Positions 50,143 through 61,013 of a stretch of 64,000 nt of DNA are shown here, piece after piece. This DNA comes from an uncultured Bacilli bacterium (lineage in GTDB: Bacteria; Bacillota_I; Bacilli_A; RF39; UBA660): assembly GCA_934089255.1 (NCBI GenBank), contig CAKOJI010000002.1, forward strand, positions 606-64,605, read 5' to 3'. Position 1 is the stretch's first letter; each line of letters opens with the position of its first letter. Made by a program: the position numbers and the translations under genes. A model generated the notes under the pieces. It had not been told where the DNA came from and ran no database searches. It saw nothing but the letters and a program-made list of their open reading frames with translations.

Positions 50143-51936
50143 ATGAATAATAATATTAGAAATTTTTCAATTATAGCACATATAGATCATGGAAAAAGTA
50201 CTTTAGCGGATAGAATACTAGAAATAACTGGTAGTGTTAATGAACACGATATGAAAGATCAACTTCTAGATTCTATGGATATTGAAAGAGAAAGAGGTAT
50301 AACAATAAAATTAAATGCTGTTGAATTAAATTATAAGTACAAAGATGAAAACTATACTTTACATTTAATAGATACTCCAGGACATGTCGATTTTTCTTAT
50401 GAAGTGTCACGTAGTTTAAAAGCGTGTGACGGTGCACTTTTAATAATTGATGCAGCACAGGGAATTGAAGCTCAAACATTAGCAAATCTTTATTTAGCAA
50501 TAAACAATGATTTAACAATTATACCTGTTATAAATAAAATAGACTTACCAAATGCCGATGTTCCAAAAGTAACTAAAGAAATAGTTGATGTATTAGGTTT
50601 TAAAGAAAAAGATATTATATTGTGTAGTGGAAAAACGGGAGAAGGTGTAAAACAGTTGCTAGATGCAATCATTGAACGTATTCCTGCTCCAAAAATATCT
50701 ATAAACGATAAAACTAAGGCACTTATATTTGATTCGTATTTCGATTCTTATAGAGGAGTAATAATATCCGCAAAAATAGAAACAGGTAAAATAAAAATAA
50801 AAGATAAAATACGCCTAATGTCAACAGGTGCAGTCTATGAAGTAGTAGAATTAGGAGTTAATACACCAAAAATAAAAAAACTTGATACTTTAAGTAGTGG
50901 TCAAGTTGGTTGGATTAATGCATCAATTAAAAGTATAAACGATGTCAACGTAGGAGATACAATTACACTCGATACTGACCCTGCAGACAAACCACTTGAT
51001 GGTTATAAACCAATGAAGCCAATGGTATATAGTGGAATATTTCCAATTGAACCAAATAAATTTGAATCACTTAGAGAAGCATTAGAAAAACTTAAGTTAA
51101 ACGATTCTGCTTTAACTTACGAACCTGTAACAAGCATTGCTCTAGGATTTGGATTTAGAGTAGGTTTTTTAGGATTATTACATATGGAAATTATAGAAGA
51201 AAGAATAGAAAGAGAATTTGGAATTGAAATAATCGCAACAAGTCCTAGTGTAGTATATGAAGTAAAGAAAACAAATGGAGAAGAAATACTTGTACATGCT
51301 CCAAATGAATTACCAGAGAAAGTAAATATTGAATATATAAAAGAACCTTATGTTCTAGCAAATATATTTGTTCCAAGTGAATATATTGGACCAATAATGG
51401 ACTTATGTAGTGAAAAAAGAGGAATATATAAAAGTTTAGAATACATAGATAAAACAAGAGTAAATATTCACTACGAATTACCACTTTCAGAAATTGTATA
51501 CGATTTCTTCGATAAATTAAAAAGTTATACAAAAGGATATGCTTCATTTGATTATGAACTTTCAGAATATAAAATAAGTGATTTAGTAAAAATGGATATT
51601 TTAATTAATGGAGATGTAGTTGATGCATTAAGTTCAATTGTTCATAAAGATGCAGCATTTACAAGAGGAAAAGAAACCGTAGAAAATTTAAAAGAAATTA
51701 TACCAAGACAAATGTTTCAAGTTCCACTTCAAGCAAGTATAGGTTCCAAAGTAATTGCAAGAGAAAACATTAGTGCTATGAGAAAAAATGTACTTGCAAA
51801 GTGTTACGGTGGAGACATATCTAGAAAAAGAAAACTATTAGAAAAACAAAAAGAAGGTAAAAAAAGAATGAAAATGGTAGGAAATGTTGAAATTCCGCCT
51901 GAAGCATTTTTATCTGTATTAAAAACAAATAAGTGA
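50143..51936 (+). CDS. lepA: Translation elongation factor 4 (LepA)
   Basis: [34 protein letters not shown]-terminal LepA domain ([31 protein letters not shown]). ATG 50143 gives the canonical N-terminus. Confidence 0.97.
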   Translation: MNNNIRNFSIIAHIDHGKSTLADRILEITGSVNEHDMKDQLLDSMDIERERGITIKLNAVELNYKYKDENYTLHLIDTPGHVDFSYEVSRSLKACDGALLIIDAAQGIEAQTLANLYLAINNDLTIIPVINKIDLPNADVPKVTKEIVDVLGFKEKDIILCSGKTGEGVKQLLDAIIERIPAPKISINDKTKALIFDSYFDSYRGVIISAKIETGKIKIKDKIRLMSTGAVYEVVELGVNTPKIKKLDTLSSGQVGWINASIKSINDVNVGDTITLDTDPADKPLDGYKPMKPMVYSGIFPIEPNKFESLREALEKLKLNDSALTYEPVTSIALGFGFRVGFLGLLHMEIIEERIEREFGIEIIATSPSVVYEVKKTNGEEILVHAPNELPEKVNIEYIKEPYVLANIFVPSEYIGPIMDLCSEKRGIYKSLEYIDKTRVNIHYELPLSEIVYDFFDKLKSYTKGYASFDYELSEYKISDLVKMDILINGDVVDALSSIVHKDAAFTRGKETVENLKEIIPRQMFQVPLQASIGSKVIARENISAMRKNVLAKCYGGDISRKRKLLEKQKEGKKRMKMVGNVEIPPEAFLSVLKTNK

Positions 51937-51943
51937 GGTAGTT

Positions 51944-52510
51944 ATGAAAAGTAATATATTTAATATAGAATTAAACTATATACAAGATGAAAGATTAAAA
52001 GAAAATGCAAAAATTATTTTAAATAATTTACCAGACTATTTTTACGAAGTTCAAGCAGCTTCCACAGGGAAATACCATCCTAAATATGCATTAGGAGAAA
52101 AAGGTTTAGTAAGACACGTAAAAGCTGCTGTAAACATCGCCAACAATTTATTTGATATTTATAAATTTGATAATCATACAAAAGATATTATTTTAATAAG
52201 TTTGTTAATACATGACGGTTTAAAACATGGTTTTGAATATTCTAAATACTCAAAATTCGAACATCCTTTACTTATTAGTACATTACTTAATAATATAAAG
52301 AGTGAATTGTCTTTAACAAATGAAGAAATAGAAGAAATAAAAAATAATGTTGCTAGTCATATGGGTAGATTTAATACAAATAATTATTCTGATATAGTTT
52401 TACCACTACCTAAAACTGTTACAGAAAAATTTGTTCATATGTGTGATTTTCTAGCAAGTAGAAAACAAATTCAATTTAACTTTGATGAAAATAATAATAT
52501 AACTGAATAA
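51944..52510 (+). CDS. HD-domain phosphohydrolase-like protein
   Basis: GKYHP, LVRHVKAAV, LLIHDGLKHG (HD dyad). Confidence 0.65.
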   Translation: MKSNIFNIELNYIQDERLKENAKIILNNLPDYFYEVQAASTGKYHPKYALGEKGLVRHVKAAVNIANNLFDIYKFDNHTKDIILISLLIHDGLKHGFEYSKYSKFEHPLLISTLLNNIKSELSLTNEEIEEIKNNVASHMGRFNTNNYSDIVLPLPKTVTEKFVHMCDFLASRKQIQFNFDENNNITE

Positions 52511-52520
52511 GGAGCTAAAT

Positions 52521-52862
52521 ATGATACATGAAATGAAATTACAACCAAAATATTTTAATTATATTTTAAACGGTACTAAAAGAATAGAACTTAGATTAAA
52601 TGATGAAAAAAGACAAATAATAAAAGTAGGAGATAAAATTAAATTTTTAAAAGAGCCTAACTTAAATGAATCTTTTAAAGTTAAAGTCATAGAACTTATA
52701 AAATATAATTCTTTTATAGACTTATTTAATGATTATGACATTAGTATTTTATCTAATAAATCTATGTCCAAGGAAGAATTACTTAAAGATTTAGAAAAAT
52801 TTTATACCAAAGAAAAACAAAAAAAATATGGAGTAGTTGGCATTAAAATTGAGTTGGTATAA
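52521..52862 (+). CDS. ASCH-domain protein
   Basis: MKLQPKYFNYILNGTKRIELRLNDEKRQIIKVGDKIKF fits the ASCH beta-barrel N-terminus. Confidence 0.65.
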   Translation: MIHEMKLQPKYFNYILNGTKRIELRLNDEKRQIIKVGDKIKFLKEPNLNESFKVKVIELIKYNSFIDLFNDYDISILSNKSMSKEELLKDLEKFYTKEKQKKYGVVGIKIELV

Positions 52863-52943
52863 AAATATGGGCGTAATTTATATTATATGTTATATTAATT
52901 ATGCAACTGAAAATAATATTTTTATAATTGCATATAATATAAA

Positions 52944-53012
52944 AAAGCGAGTGAAGCCAGCTCTAAATGGCACTTAATAAAGCGAGTGAAGCCAGCTCTA
53001 AATGGCACTTAA
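52944..53012. repeat. Perfect 34-bp direct repeat x2 (AAAGCGAGTGAAGCCAGCTCTAAATGGCACTTAA), copies separated by a single T
   Basis: Copy 1 at 52944-52977, copy 2 at 52979-53012; identical by direct reading and clearly more GC-rich than the flanks. Confidence 0.9.
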
Positions 53013-53121
53013 AAAAGTTTGATTAGAAAAAATATTATTGAAAAAAAATGTGATTTTATTGCAATTTTTAATTACATAAAAAAATTAAATGTAGTATATT
53101 GAATAAAAAAAGAGAGTAAAA

Positions 53122-53436
53122 TTAATTGTTATTTATACTCTCATTTTTTTGTTTAGATAAATGTCCGTTTTCATCTCTTTCTTCAAACAATTTACATATA
53201 TCTATTTCTAGAACTTTAGATATTCTATAAAGAATTGCTAAACTAAAGGATTGTTGTACTTTTGCTGACTCTATATTACTTATTAAACTATGACTTATGT
53301 CACAATACTCAGCCAATTTTTCCTGAGTCATTTTTCCATATTTACTTAATTTACTATTATTATGTAATCGATAATATTTAATATTTTTGCTAACCAACTC
53401 ATATATATATCGATCATCTGAAGGACTAAAATTCAA
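53122..53436 (-). CDS. XRE-family helix-turn-helix transcriptional regulator
   Basis: NIKYYRLHNNSKLSKYGKMTQEKLAEYCDISHSLISNIES is an HTH_3 motif. TTG start with ggtggtga RBS; minus-strand terminator hairpin near 53049-53080. Confidence 0.8.
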   Translation of the reverse strand: MNFSPSDDRYIYELVSKNIKYYRLHNNSKLSKYGKMTQEKLAEYCDISHSLISNIESAKVQQSFSLAILYRISKVLEIDICKLFEERDENGHLSKQKNESINNN

Positions 53437-53645
53437 GATATATCACCACCTATATATATTTTGTCACTTATCATAGATTTTATTTATATATCTATAATAG
53501 ATAAAAGTTCTATAAATAGTGGCAATTTATTTATAACTATGATATACTTCTATTGTAAAGAATATTTATTTTTAGAATTTCTGGCTTTATTCTAAAAATG
53601 TTATATTTTTTACATTTGGTTTTTCTAAATAAAAAGGAGGTAAAT

Positions 53646-54908
53646 ATGAATAAGAAAATATTAATAATTTTTATATCAGTAATAGCTGTAATAAATGCAA
53701 TTTTCATAATATTATTGATAAAAAATAAAAAACCAATTCAATATAAAATAACATTTGACACTAATGGTGGTTCCACTGTTAAATCACAATTAATTAGTAA
53801 AGGTGAAAAAGCAACAAAGCCATCAGATCCAATAAAAGAAGGCTATACATTTATAGAATGGACACTTGACGGTAAAACTTATGATTTTAGTCTTGAAATA
53901 ACAAATAATTTAACTTTGACTGCAAAATGGCTCAAAGTAAAAAAGGATGTAAATGCATTCGTTATCAAATTTGATACTGAAGGTGGCACAACTATATCAA
54001 ATCAAATTGTTGAAAAAGGAAATAAAATTGCCAAACCTATTGATCCTATAAAAACTGGTTACACATTTGAAGGTTGGATTTTAGATAATGAAATATTCGA
54101 TTTTGAAAAGATTATCGATAAAGATGTTGAACTTAAAGCCAAGTGGAAAAAAGTTGAAGAAAATATTAATAATACTACAAATAAACCATCAAATATTCCA
54201 AATAATACAAAAAATAATAGCAATACTAATACTAAAAAAACTACAACTACTTCTCCAAGTACACACCCTATAAAAAAATATACAGTAACATTTAACTCAA
54301 ATGGTGGTTCTGCAGTTAATTCACAAACTATAACTGAAGGTGATAAAGCATCAAAACCAACAAATCCAACAAGAAGTGGTTATACTTTTGCAGGATGGAC
54401 TTTAAATGGAAACGTTTATGACTTTAATTCTTCAGTTAATGCTAATATAACGTTAGTTGCTAAATGGAACGAATCTGCTAAAGCCAAATATACAGTAAGA
54501 TTTGATACAAATGGTGGTTCTACAGTTAGTTCTCAAACCGTAACTGAAGGAAGTAAAGTTTCTAGGCCAACAAATCCAACAAGAGATGGTTATAACTTTG
54601 GCGGATGGTTATTAAATGGAAGCACGTATGATTTTAATTCTACGGTTAACCGAAACATAACCTTAGTTGCTAAATGGAACCGTAAATCATATACAATAAA
54701 AGTAATTCCTGTAGATCAATACTCTCCAGATAGAATTCTTAAAGTATATGAAGATGGCAATGAAATAAGTGTATCAGAAATTAAAAATAATGGAGTAACA
54801 TTGTGTAGTGGAAGTAACATGGTTGTTAATATGAACGAGATAAGCGGTATTAAAACATTAACAATTATTTTAAAAAATGGTTCTTCTGTAACTGCAAATG
54901 TTCAATAG
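53646..54908 (+). CDS. Membrane-anchored surface protein with four Listeria-Bacteroides (flg_new) repeats
   Basis: Four copies of (I/V)TFD(T/S)NGGS.V.SQ.(I/V).(K/E)G.KA.KP.(D/N)P.(K/R).GY.F.GW.L.G..YDF......N.TL.AKW; repeats 3 and 4 are also very similar at the DNA level. RBS aaggagg before ATG 53646. Confidence 0.85.
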   Translation: MNKKILIIFISVIAVINAIFIILLIKNKKPIQYKITFDTNGGSTVKSQLISKGEKATKPSDPIKEGYTFIEWTLDGKTYDFSLEITNNLTLTAKWLKVKKDVNAFVIKFDTEGGTTISNQIVEKGNKIAKPIDPIKTGYTFEGWILDNEIFDFEKIIDKDVELKAKWKKVEENINNTTNKPSNIPNNTKNNSNTNTKKTTTTSPSTHPIKKYTVTFNSNGGSAVNSQTITEGDKASKPTNPTRSGYTFAGWTLNGNVYDFNSSVNANITLVAKWNESAKAKYTVRFDTNGGSTVSSQTVTEGSKVSRPTNPTRDGYNFGGWLLNGSTYDFNSTVNRNITLVAKWNRKSYTIKVIPVDQYSPDRILKVYEDGNEISVSEIKNNGVTLCSGSNMVVNMNEISGIKTLTIILKNGSSVTANVQ

Positions 54909-54924
54909 TAGAAAGGAAAAAATT

Positions 54925-56652
54925 ATGAAGAAGTTTAAAAAAATAAAATCCTTATTATTTGGAATTAGTTTAACATTTGCTTTTTGTTTTATTAGTATTA
55001 ACGTTTATGCAAAAACAATGACACCCGATGAAATTCAAGGTTCTTCTTATGTTATTGGTTCTCACGTTTTTACGAGAGAAATAAACGAAACTACAGGTTA
55101 TAAAGGAAGACTTACGACTAATTTGATTATGCTTGCATCTCAAACAATTGAAACAAAAGATTTAAACACTATGATAATTTATTATAAAACTGCATCAGGT
55201 ATGTGGATTAATGGTTTAACTGGAGCAACTATTGAAACACCAACATCTTTTGAAATTGATTATACAAATTTACAATTAGAGGAAGTAAATAATACTGTGT
55301 CTGCACCGAAGCCACCCATTTTAGCATTTCATAACGGAGTATTATCTATTAATAAAAATACTGATGAAGTATCATACCAACTAGATATATATATTGATGA
55401 TATAGAGGATTTATCAAATAAAACCAGTGGTGTAGAATTAGCTTTAGTTGACGGTGGTGTTATAAAACATAAAGATCTAAAAGTTGGAGATGATTTTTTA
55501 TTTACTTCAACGATTTTAGATTCTTATAAAGGTGATAATCTTATAAAAGGCAGAAAATATCATAGTGACTTTATAACAATAAATTTACCTATAGATAAAT
55601 ACTATAATATAACTGCAAAAGCGTATGTTCTAGATAGTAATGGTAAGAAAAATTATAGTGATTGTGTTTATGCATCGATAGAACCAGAGACTACATTACC
55701 GGCAGTAGAAATAATTAACAATTATTCAAATCCAGATTATATAACTTATAATGACAATAAATATACATATAAGTTGGGAATTAAAAGACCTGATTACTAT
55801 GTGTTTAAAGTAACACCTGAAAAATTTGCTTATATAGTTCACGAAAAAACAGAAATTGGTTCTAATCAAATTGGAGTATTTGGAATCAATGAAGAATTTA
55901 CTGTTGAAATTCCTAAAAATTCTGTAAAAGAATATTACGCCCAATTAGGATATTATAATAATGAAGGTCGTTTTATATATTTTTCTACTCCAGATTCTGA
56001 AGAAAATAGGAAATATTTTACAATTGATACAAGAAAAACAATTACAACTCCCATTTTAGAATTAGATCAACGTGAAGAAAATTACAACTATAATAGAACA
56101 TATGGAGATCAAGTTCAAGCTGATTCTAGAACTTATAAAAATGCCGATAAAGAGTCATTAGATTATAGTGTTAAAGGTATGGAAATTTATCAAATAGACT
56201 ACGATGGAACTAATATGAGCAATTTCCAATATATTGCACCATTATATGGAACAGGAGATTCATTTATGGTTAATGTTAAACCTTTAAATGGTATGGCAAA
56301 TTATGTTGGCAGAGCATATGCAATTAACACTATTGGTGAAAAAGTCTATAGTGATTATTCAAATGTAGTAACAGTAATTAGAACTCCTGAAATTGAAGTT
56401 TCCGATATTAATGACGGGAAAGTTAATGTTAGTATCAAAAATCTTGAAGAATATGGAAATGCTTACGATTTAAAATATAAAGTATTTAATTCATCAGGTA
56501 ATGAATTAACAGAATTAACGTCACTTGATAAAGTATCATCAATTGATGTAGATTCAACTATACAACTATACGTAAAAATTTATAAGGAATCTGACGAAAC
56601 TAAAAAAATATATAGTGCTAAATCAAATAAAGTAGATGTAACAATAAAATAA
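54925..56652 (+). CDS. Secreted protein with Ig/Fn3-like repeats, unknown function
   Basis: Signal peptide (..SINVYA|KT). Recurrent beta-sandwich end motif (AKAYVLDSNGKKNYSDCVYASI, GRAYAINTIGEKVYSDYSNVVTV, VKIYKESDETKKIYSAKSNKVDV). Confidence 0.65.
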   Translation: MKKFKKIKSLLFGISLTFAFCFISINVYAKTMTPDEIQGSSYVIGSHVFTREINETTGYKGRLTTNLIMLASQTIETKDLNTMIIYYKTASGMWINGLTGATIETPTSFEIDYTNLQLEEVNNTVSAPKPPILAFHNGVLSINKNTDEVSYQLDIYIDDIEDLSNKTSGVELALVDGGVIKHKDLKVGDDFLFTSTILDSYKGDNLIKGRKYHSDFITINLPIDKYYNITAKAYVLDSNGKKNYSDCVYASIEPETTLPAVEIINNYSNPDYITYNDNKYTYKLGIKRPDYYVFKVTPEKFAYIVHEKTEIGSNQIGVFGINEEFTVEIPKNSVKEYYAQLGYYNNEGRFIYFSTPDSEENRKYFTIDTRKTITTPILELDQREENYNYNRTYGDQVQADSRTYKNADKESLDYSVKGMEIYQIDYDGTNMSNFQYIAPLYGTGDSFMVNVKPLNGMANYVGRAYAINTIGEKVYSDYSNVVTVIRTPEIEVSDINDGKVNVSIKNLEEYGNAYDLKYKVFNSSGNELTELTSLDKVSSIDVDSTIQLYVKIYKESDETKKIYSAKSNKVDVTIK

Positions 56653-56698
56653 AATTTACATTAATTAAATAATTAAAGAAATGTGATTTATATTAAAA

Positions 56699-56723
56699 AA
56701 ATTGCATTTTTATTTTGCAATTT
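56699..56723. terminator. Bidirectional terminator between convergent genes
   Basis: AAATTGCA tttttattt TGCAATTT with an A-run before and T-rich after. Confidence 0.6.
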
Positions 56724-56724
56724 A

Positions 56725-57435
56725 TTATATTATACTTTCTAAAGCTAAAATTATCATATCATTTAATTTTTTTTCTTTTTCTTCATTAGTAAGCATTACT
56801 TTTTCAAAAGGACTATCAACAACTGTAACCAAAGCACTCGCTTCTTTACCACATAATTCTGCTACGTGAAATAATCCAAAAGCTTCCATTTCATTACAAA
56901 GTAAATGTATGTGTGAAGGAACATTTTTTAGTATATGATCAACATTTGCATAAACAGTAAACACATCAGCAGTAAGAATAGTACCAACAACTAAATCTGT
57001 TTTTAAATTTTTGCTAGTTTCAATAATTTTTTTATTTAATAATTCATCACTGTTAATAACATTTCTAACATCTTGTCCCCAAACATATGCAAAACTAGAT
57101 GGTGAATAACTACTACTTGCAAGTACAATATCATTAACCTTTACATCTTTATCCAAACTTCCACCGGTACCAATTCTTATTATCTTATCAACATCATAAA
57201 ACGTATATAATTCATAAGAATAAATACCAATACTAGGTATACCCATACCACTACCCATTACAGTAACTTTTTTACCTTTATAATATCCAGTATAACCAAA
57301 CATATTTCTAACCTCATTAATTAATTTTACATCACTTAAAAAGTTTTCTGCAATATATTTTGCACGTAAAGGATCTCCCGGCATTAAAACTACATTACTA
57401 ATATCTTCTTTTTTAGCATTTATATGTATAGACAT
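56725..57435 (-). CDS. deoD: Purine nucleoside phosphorylase, DeoD type
   Basis: SIHINAKKEDISNVVLMPGDPLRAKYIAENFL, GMGIPS, CNEMEAFGL. ATG 57435 follows aggtga. Confidence 0.92.
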   Translation of the reverse strand: MSIHINAKKEDISNVVLMPGDPLRAKYIAENFLSDVKLINEVRNMFGYTGYYKGKKVTVMGSGMGIPSIGIYSYELYTFYDVDKIIRIGTGGSLDKDVKVNDIVLASSSYSPSSFAYVWGQDVRNVINSDELLNKKIIETSKNLKTDLVVGTILTADVFTVYANVDHILKNVPSHIHLLCNEMEAFGLFHVAELCGKEASALVTVVDSPFEKVMLTNEEKEKKLNDMIILALESII

Positions 57436-57525
57436 TTTCATCACCTAGTATAATTATATCAATAAATATGATATAATTTCATTATAAATTAATGTTGTTT
57501 ACACATAATAAAATAGAGGTGTCTT

Positions 57526-58800
57526 ATGATATATAAAACATATAAAGCAAATACGTATAATATTTATACCATAAAAACTGATAAATTTAAAACTTGTCAT
57601 ATGGAAATTGTATTTAGAAATAATATCGATAAAAATGATATTACTTTAAGAAGTGTTCTAACTGAAATGATAGTAGAAAATACAAAAAAATATAATACTA
57701 GAAGAAAAATGATGATAGAGTTAGAAAATTTATACAATGCATACTTTTATGGAGTTACTAATAGAGTAGGAAGTAGTGTAATAACTAGTTTTTGTTTTGA
57801 CTTTATTGATCCATCTTTAGTAAAAGAAAATGCGCTAGATTTTATAAAATTTCCACTAGAAGCTGTATTAAATCCAAATGTTAAAAATAATGAATTTGAC
57901 TTAATAACTCTAGAATACGTAAAAGAAAGAGTAAAAAAAGATATTGAATCAATAATAGAAGACCCAAAAAATTATTCTATTTCAAAATTATTAGAAAAAA
58001 TGTGTCCAGATACAGAAAGTTCAATTAACATAAATGGTTATACAAAAGATTTAGATAAAATAACACCAGAAACACTATATAATTTTTATATAAATATGAT
58101 TAAACACGACTACATTGACGTATATATAATAGGCAATTTAGATATGGATAAAATAGCTAATATAATAAAAAATAATTTTAAAGTTAACATATTAAAAAAT
58201 CATAACATAACATATAACATAAATAACAAAATTATAAAAAAACACAAAAAATTATATGAAAGTTTTAGTACATCTCAAGAAAATATATGTATTGGTTTAA
58301 ATATTACAAATGAAACTAAGTTTGAAAAAAATTACGTAGCAAATATTTATAATATGATTTTAGGTGGTGGAAGTTTAGAATCTATATTATATAAAAAATT
58401 AAGAAATGAAAACTCTCTTTGTTATAATTGTGTAAGTTTATATCAAAAATTTGATAATTTATTTATTATACATACTGCTATTTCTAAAGAAAATGAAACA
58501 CTTGCTATAAAATTAATAAAAGAATCTTTAAAAGATATGTCAAGTAAAAAAATAAAAGATGAAGACTTAGAAAATGCAAAAAAATTAATTTTAACAAACC
58601 TAAATTCTTCTTTAGATGTACCTGGAAGAATAATAGATAATTATATTTTTAAAAACCTATATGATTTAGATGACTTAGAAACAAGAATTAATAACTACAA
58701 ATTAGTAACTAAAGAAGATATCATAGCATTTGCAAAAAAAATTAAAATAAATACTATACTATGTGTAAGAGATGGTGAAAATGAAAAAGATAACAATTAA
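57526..58800 (+). CDS. M16-family peptidase-like protein lacking the HxxEH zinc motif (non-catalytic partner)
   Basis: M16 fold length and C-terminal domain pattern, no HxxEH; paired and overlapping with the next gene, as for Bacillus ymfF/ymfH. Confidence 0.7.
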   Translation: MIYKTYKANTYNIYTIKTDKFKTCHMEIVFRNNIDKNDITLRSVLTEMIVENTKKYNTRRKMMIELENLYNAYFYGVTNRVGSSVITSFCFDFIDPSLVKENALDFIKFPLEAVLNPNVKNNEFDLITLEYVKERVKKDIESIIEDPKNYSISKLLEKMCPDTESSININGYTKDLDKITPETLYNFYINMIKHDYIDVYIIGNLDMDKIANIIKNNFKVNILKNHNITYNINNKIIKKHKKLYESFSTSQENICIGLNITNETKFEKNYVANIYNMILGGGSLESILYKKLRNENSLCYNCVSLYQKFDNLFIIHTAISKENETLAIKLIKESLKDMSSKKIKDEDLENAKKLILTNLNSSLDVPGRIIDNYIFKNLYDLDDLETRINNYKLVTKEDIIAFAKKIKINTILCVRDGENEKDNN

Positions 58801-60058
58801 TCAAACTAACGAAATATTATATTATGAAAAATTAAACAATGGTTTAGAAGTATATATTGTTCCAAATAAAAACCAAAAAAATTTTTATATAACATATAAC
58901 ACAAAATTTGGCTCAATAAATACAGAATTTAAAACCTCAACTGATAAATCTTTTAAAAAAGTACCTAACGGAATAGCACATTACTTAGAACATTTAATGT
59001 TTAATATGGAAAACGGTACAGCATTTGATTTTTATTCAAAACTAGGCTCAAGCATTAATGCATTTACAACATACAACTTAACATGTTATGAAGTTTATTC
59101 ATCTACTTATTTTAAAGAAAATCTAAATTATCTATTAGAATACGTAGAAACACCTTATTTTACAAATGAACTAGTTAATAATGAACGAGGAATAATAACA
59201 GAAGAAATAAAAATGTATGATAATAATCCAAATACTGAATTAACTTATAGTTCTTATAAAAATATTTTTATAAATGATAAAAGAAAAAATTTAATAAGTG
59301 GTACTGTTGAAGATATAAAAAAGATTACTAAAGAAAATTTACTAGATTGTTATAATACCTTTTATAACCCTAATAATATGTTCATAGTAATTACTGGTAA
59401 CGTTAATCCTGAAGAAGCTATAGCAATAATCGAAAAAAGAGAAAATGAAAGACCTATCAAGAATATTAATATTATAAAAAAAGAAATAACAGAACCAAAA
59501 AAAGTAAATAAAAAATACGAAGAAATAAAAATGAATGTAGAAACAAATAAAGTAAATATATCATATAAAATTCCTAAAAAACAATTTAATAAACTTAATG
59601 TAACTTCTATAGATTTAAATATATATATTAGTATAATATTTAACTTGTTATTTGGTAGTACTAGTATAATTCAAGAAAAACTAATATCTTCTAAAATAAT
59701 TCAAAACGGAATAAATATTAATAAAACATTTACGAAAGATTATATAATCGTTAGTCTAACTACAGAAACTGATTATGTTGACACATTTATAAAATTAGTT
59801 CAAGAAGCATTAGATAATATTAAAATAGATTCTTGTGATTTAGACAGAAAATTAAAAGTATATAAATCAAATTATATATTACACTTTGATGAAATAGAGT
59901 TAGTTAATAACAATATACAAGATAATATTATAGAATATAATAAATTTATAAACGATTATATGGATATATACGATAATATTAACATTGATATATTAAATAA
60001 AGTTATAGATACTTTAAAGACAAAAGAAGAATCTATATTAGTTATAAAACCTAAATAG
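58772..60058 (+). CDS. M16-family zinc peptidase (HxxEH)
   Basis: NGIAHYLEHLMF contains HxxEH. Alternative start ATG 58781. Confidence 0.8.
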   Translation: MVKMKKITINQTNEILYYEKLNNGLEVYIVPNKNQKNFYITYNTKFGSINTEFKTSTDKSFKKVPNGIAHYLEHLMFNMENGTAFDFYSKLGSSINAFTTYNLTCYEVYSSTYFKENLNYLLEYVETPYFTNELVNNERGIITEEIKMYDNNPNTELTYSSYKNIFINDKRKNLISGTVEDIKKITKENLLDCYNTFYNPNNMFIVITGNVNPEEAIAIIEKRENERPIKNINIIKKEITEPKKVNKKYEEIKMNVETNKVNISYKIPKKQFNKLNVTSIDLNIYISIIFNLLFGSTSIIQEKLISSKIIQNGININKTFTKDYIIVSLTTETDYVDTFIKLVQEALDNIKIDSCDLDRKLKVYKSNYILHFDEIELVNNNIQDNIIEYNKFINDYMDIYDNINIDILNKVIDTLKTKEESILVIKPK

Positions 60059-60146
60059 AAAAGTAGAGATACTTTTTTTATTTTGAGAAAAATTTAATAA
60101 AAAAAAAGGAAATGCAAAAAAATTTACTATATGTATAGTAAGGGAA

Positions 60147-61013
60147 CTAATGCATATAAAATGCTTCCCTTAAGTGATTATTATTATTTCTTTCTATATA
60201 TTTAACTTTTACCTCTTGTATCGGATTCACAAAATTAATATTTTCTTTAAATTCTAAAAAAGGATTATTAACACTTTTTCTATTCTTCAATTTTTCATAA
60301 AGTTTATCTTTTTTACTAACAAATACTTTTCCTACATAACGTAATTTACCATTAGATTTTTCTCCTAAATATATACTAAATCTATCTTTTTCACCATCAG
60401 TATACCCACCAATAAAAAAACTCTCAACTTTATAATTTTTTACTTTAATCCAACTATTAGATCTAGTATTTACTTGATATGTACTAAATTTATCTTTACA
60501 TACTATACCTTCTAAATCTAGTCTTTTTATACTTTTAAAAAGTTTTTCTCCATCTTCAAAAACTTTTGACTTTAATAAATAATCACTTTCATTAATTTTA
60601 CTTAATTTATCTTTTCTTTTATAAAGTGGCTCATTAGTTATATCTTTATCATAATATAAAATATCAAAACAAATAAATAAAGCAGGATTATTTTTAGAAC
60701 CAATTTCTATTTTATCTTTATTTTTTAAATGAATTCTTTTTTGAACTTTAAAAAAATCAGGTTTATTATTTGTTAAACATACTATTTCACCATCTAAAAT
60801 AGAGTTTTTTTTAACACTAGATGTTATAACTTTTAATTCAGGAAATAAATTAGTAATATTTTTTCCGTTTCTAGTAAATATCTTTATATTGTTATCTATT
60901 ACATAAATAAGAGCTCTAATTCCATCAAACTTAATTTCATATATATAATTATCATTTACTAAAACTGTATCACTTTCACTAAGTAACATAGGTTTAACAA
61001 TCTTATTTAACAT
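60147..61013 (-). CDS. ligD: ATP-dependent DNA ligase, ligase domain only (NHEJ LigD-like without polymerase or nuclease domains)
   Basis: YIYEIKFDGIRAL (motif I KxDG), LDGEIV, EGIVCK, WIKVK motifs; 288 aa; overlaps the ku stop. Confidence 0.85.
   Translation of the reverse strand: MLNKIVKPMLLSESDTVLVNDNYIYEIKFDGIRALIYVIDNNIKIFTRNGKNITNLFPELKVITSSVKKNSILDGEIVCLTNNKPDFFKVQKRIHLKNKDKIEIGSKNNPALFICFDILYYDKDITNEPLYKRKDKLSKINESDYLLKSKVFEDGEKLFKSIKRLDLEGIVCKDKFSTYQVNTRSNSWIKVKNYKVESFFIGGYTDGEKDRFSIYLGEKSNGKLRYVGKVFVSKKDKLYEKLKNRKSVNNPFLEFKENINFVNPIQEVKVKYIERNNNNHLREAFYMH

Noticed and set aside
52944-53012. The 34-bp tandem repeat as a mini-CRISPR or tRNA fragment
   Set aside because: There are only two copies separated by 1 nt (no spacer). 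It has no cloverleaf elements or T-loop motif. Kept as an unexplained repeat in the findings instead.
54088-54273. 61-aa plus-strand ORF in an alternative frame inside the flg_new protein gene
   Set aside because: It overlaps the Asn/Thr-rich linker of a well-supported gene; low-complexity translation, no RBS.
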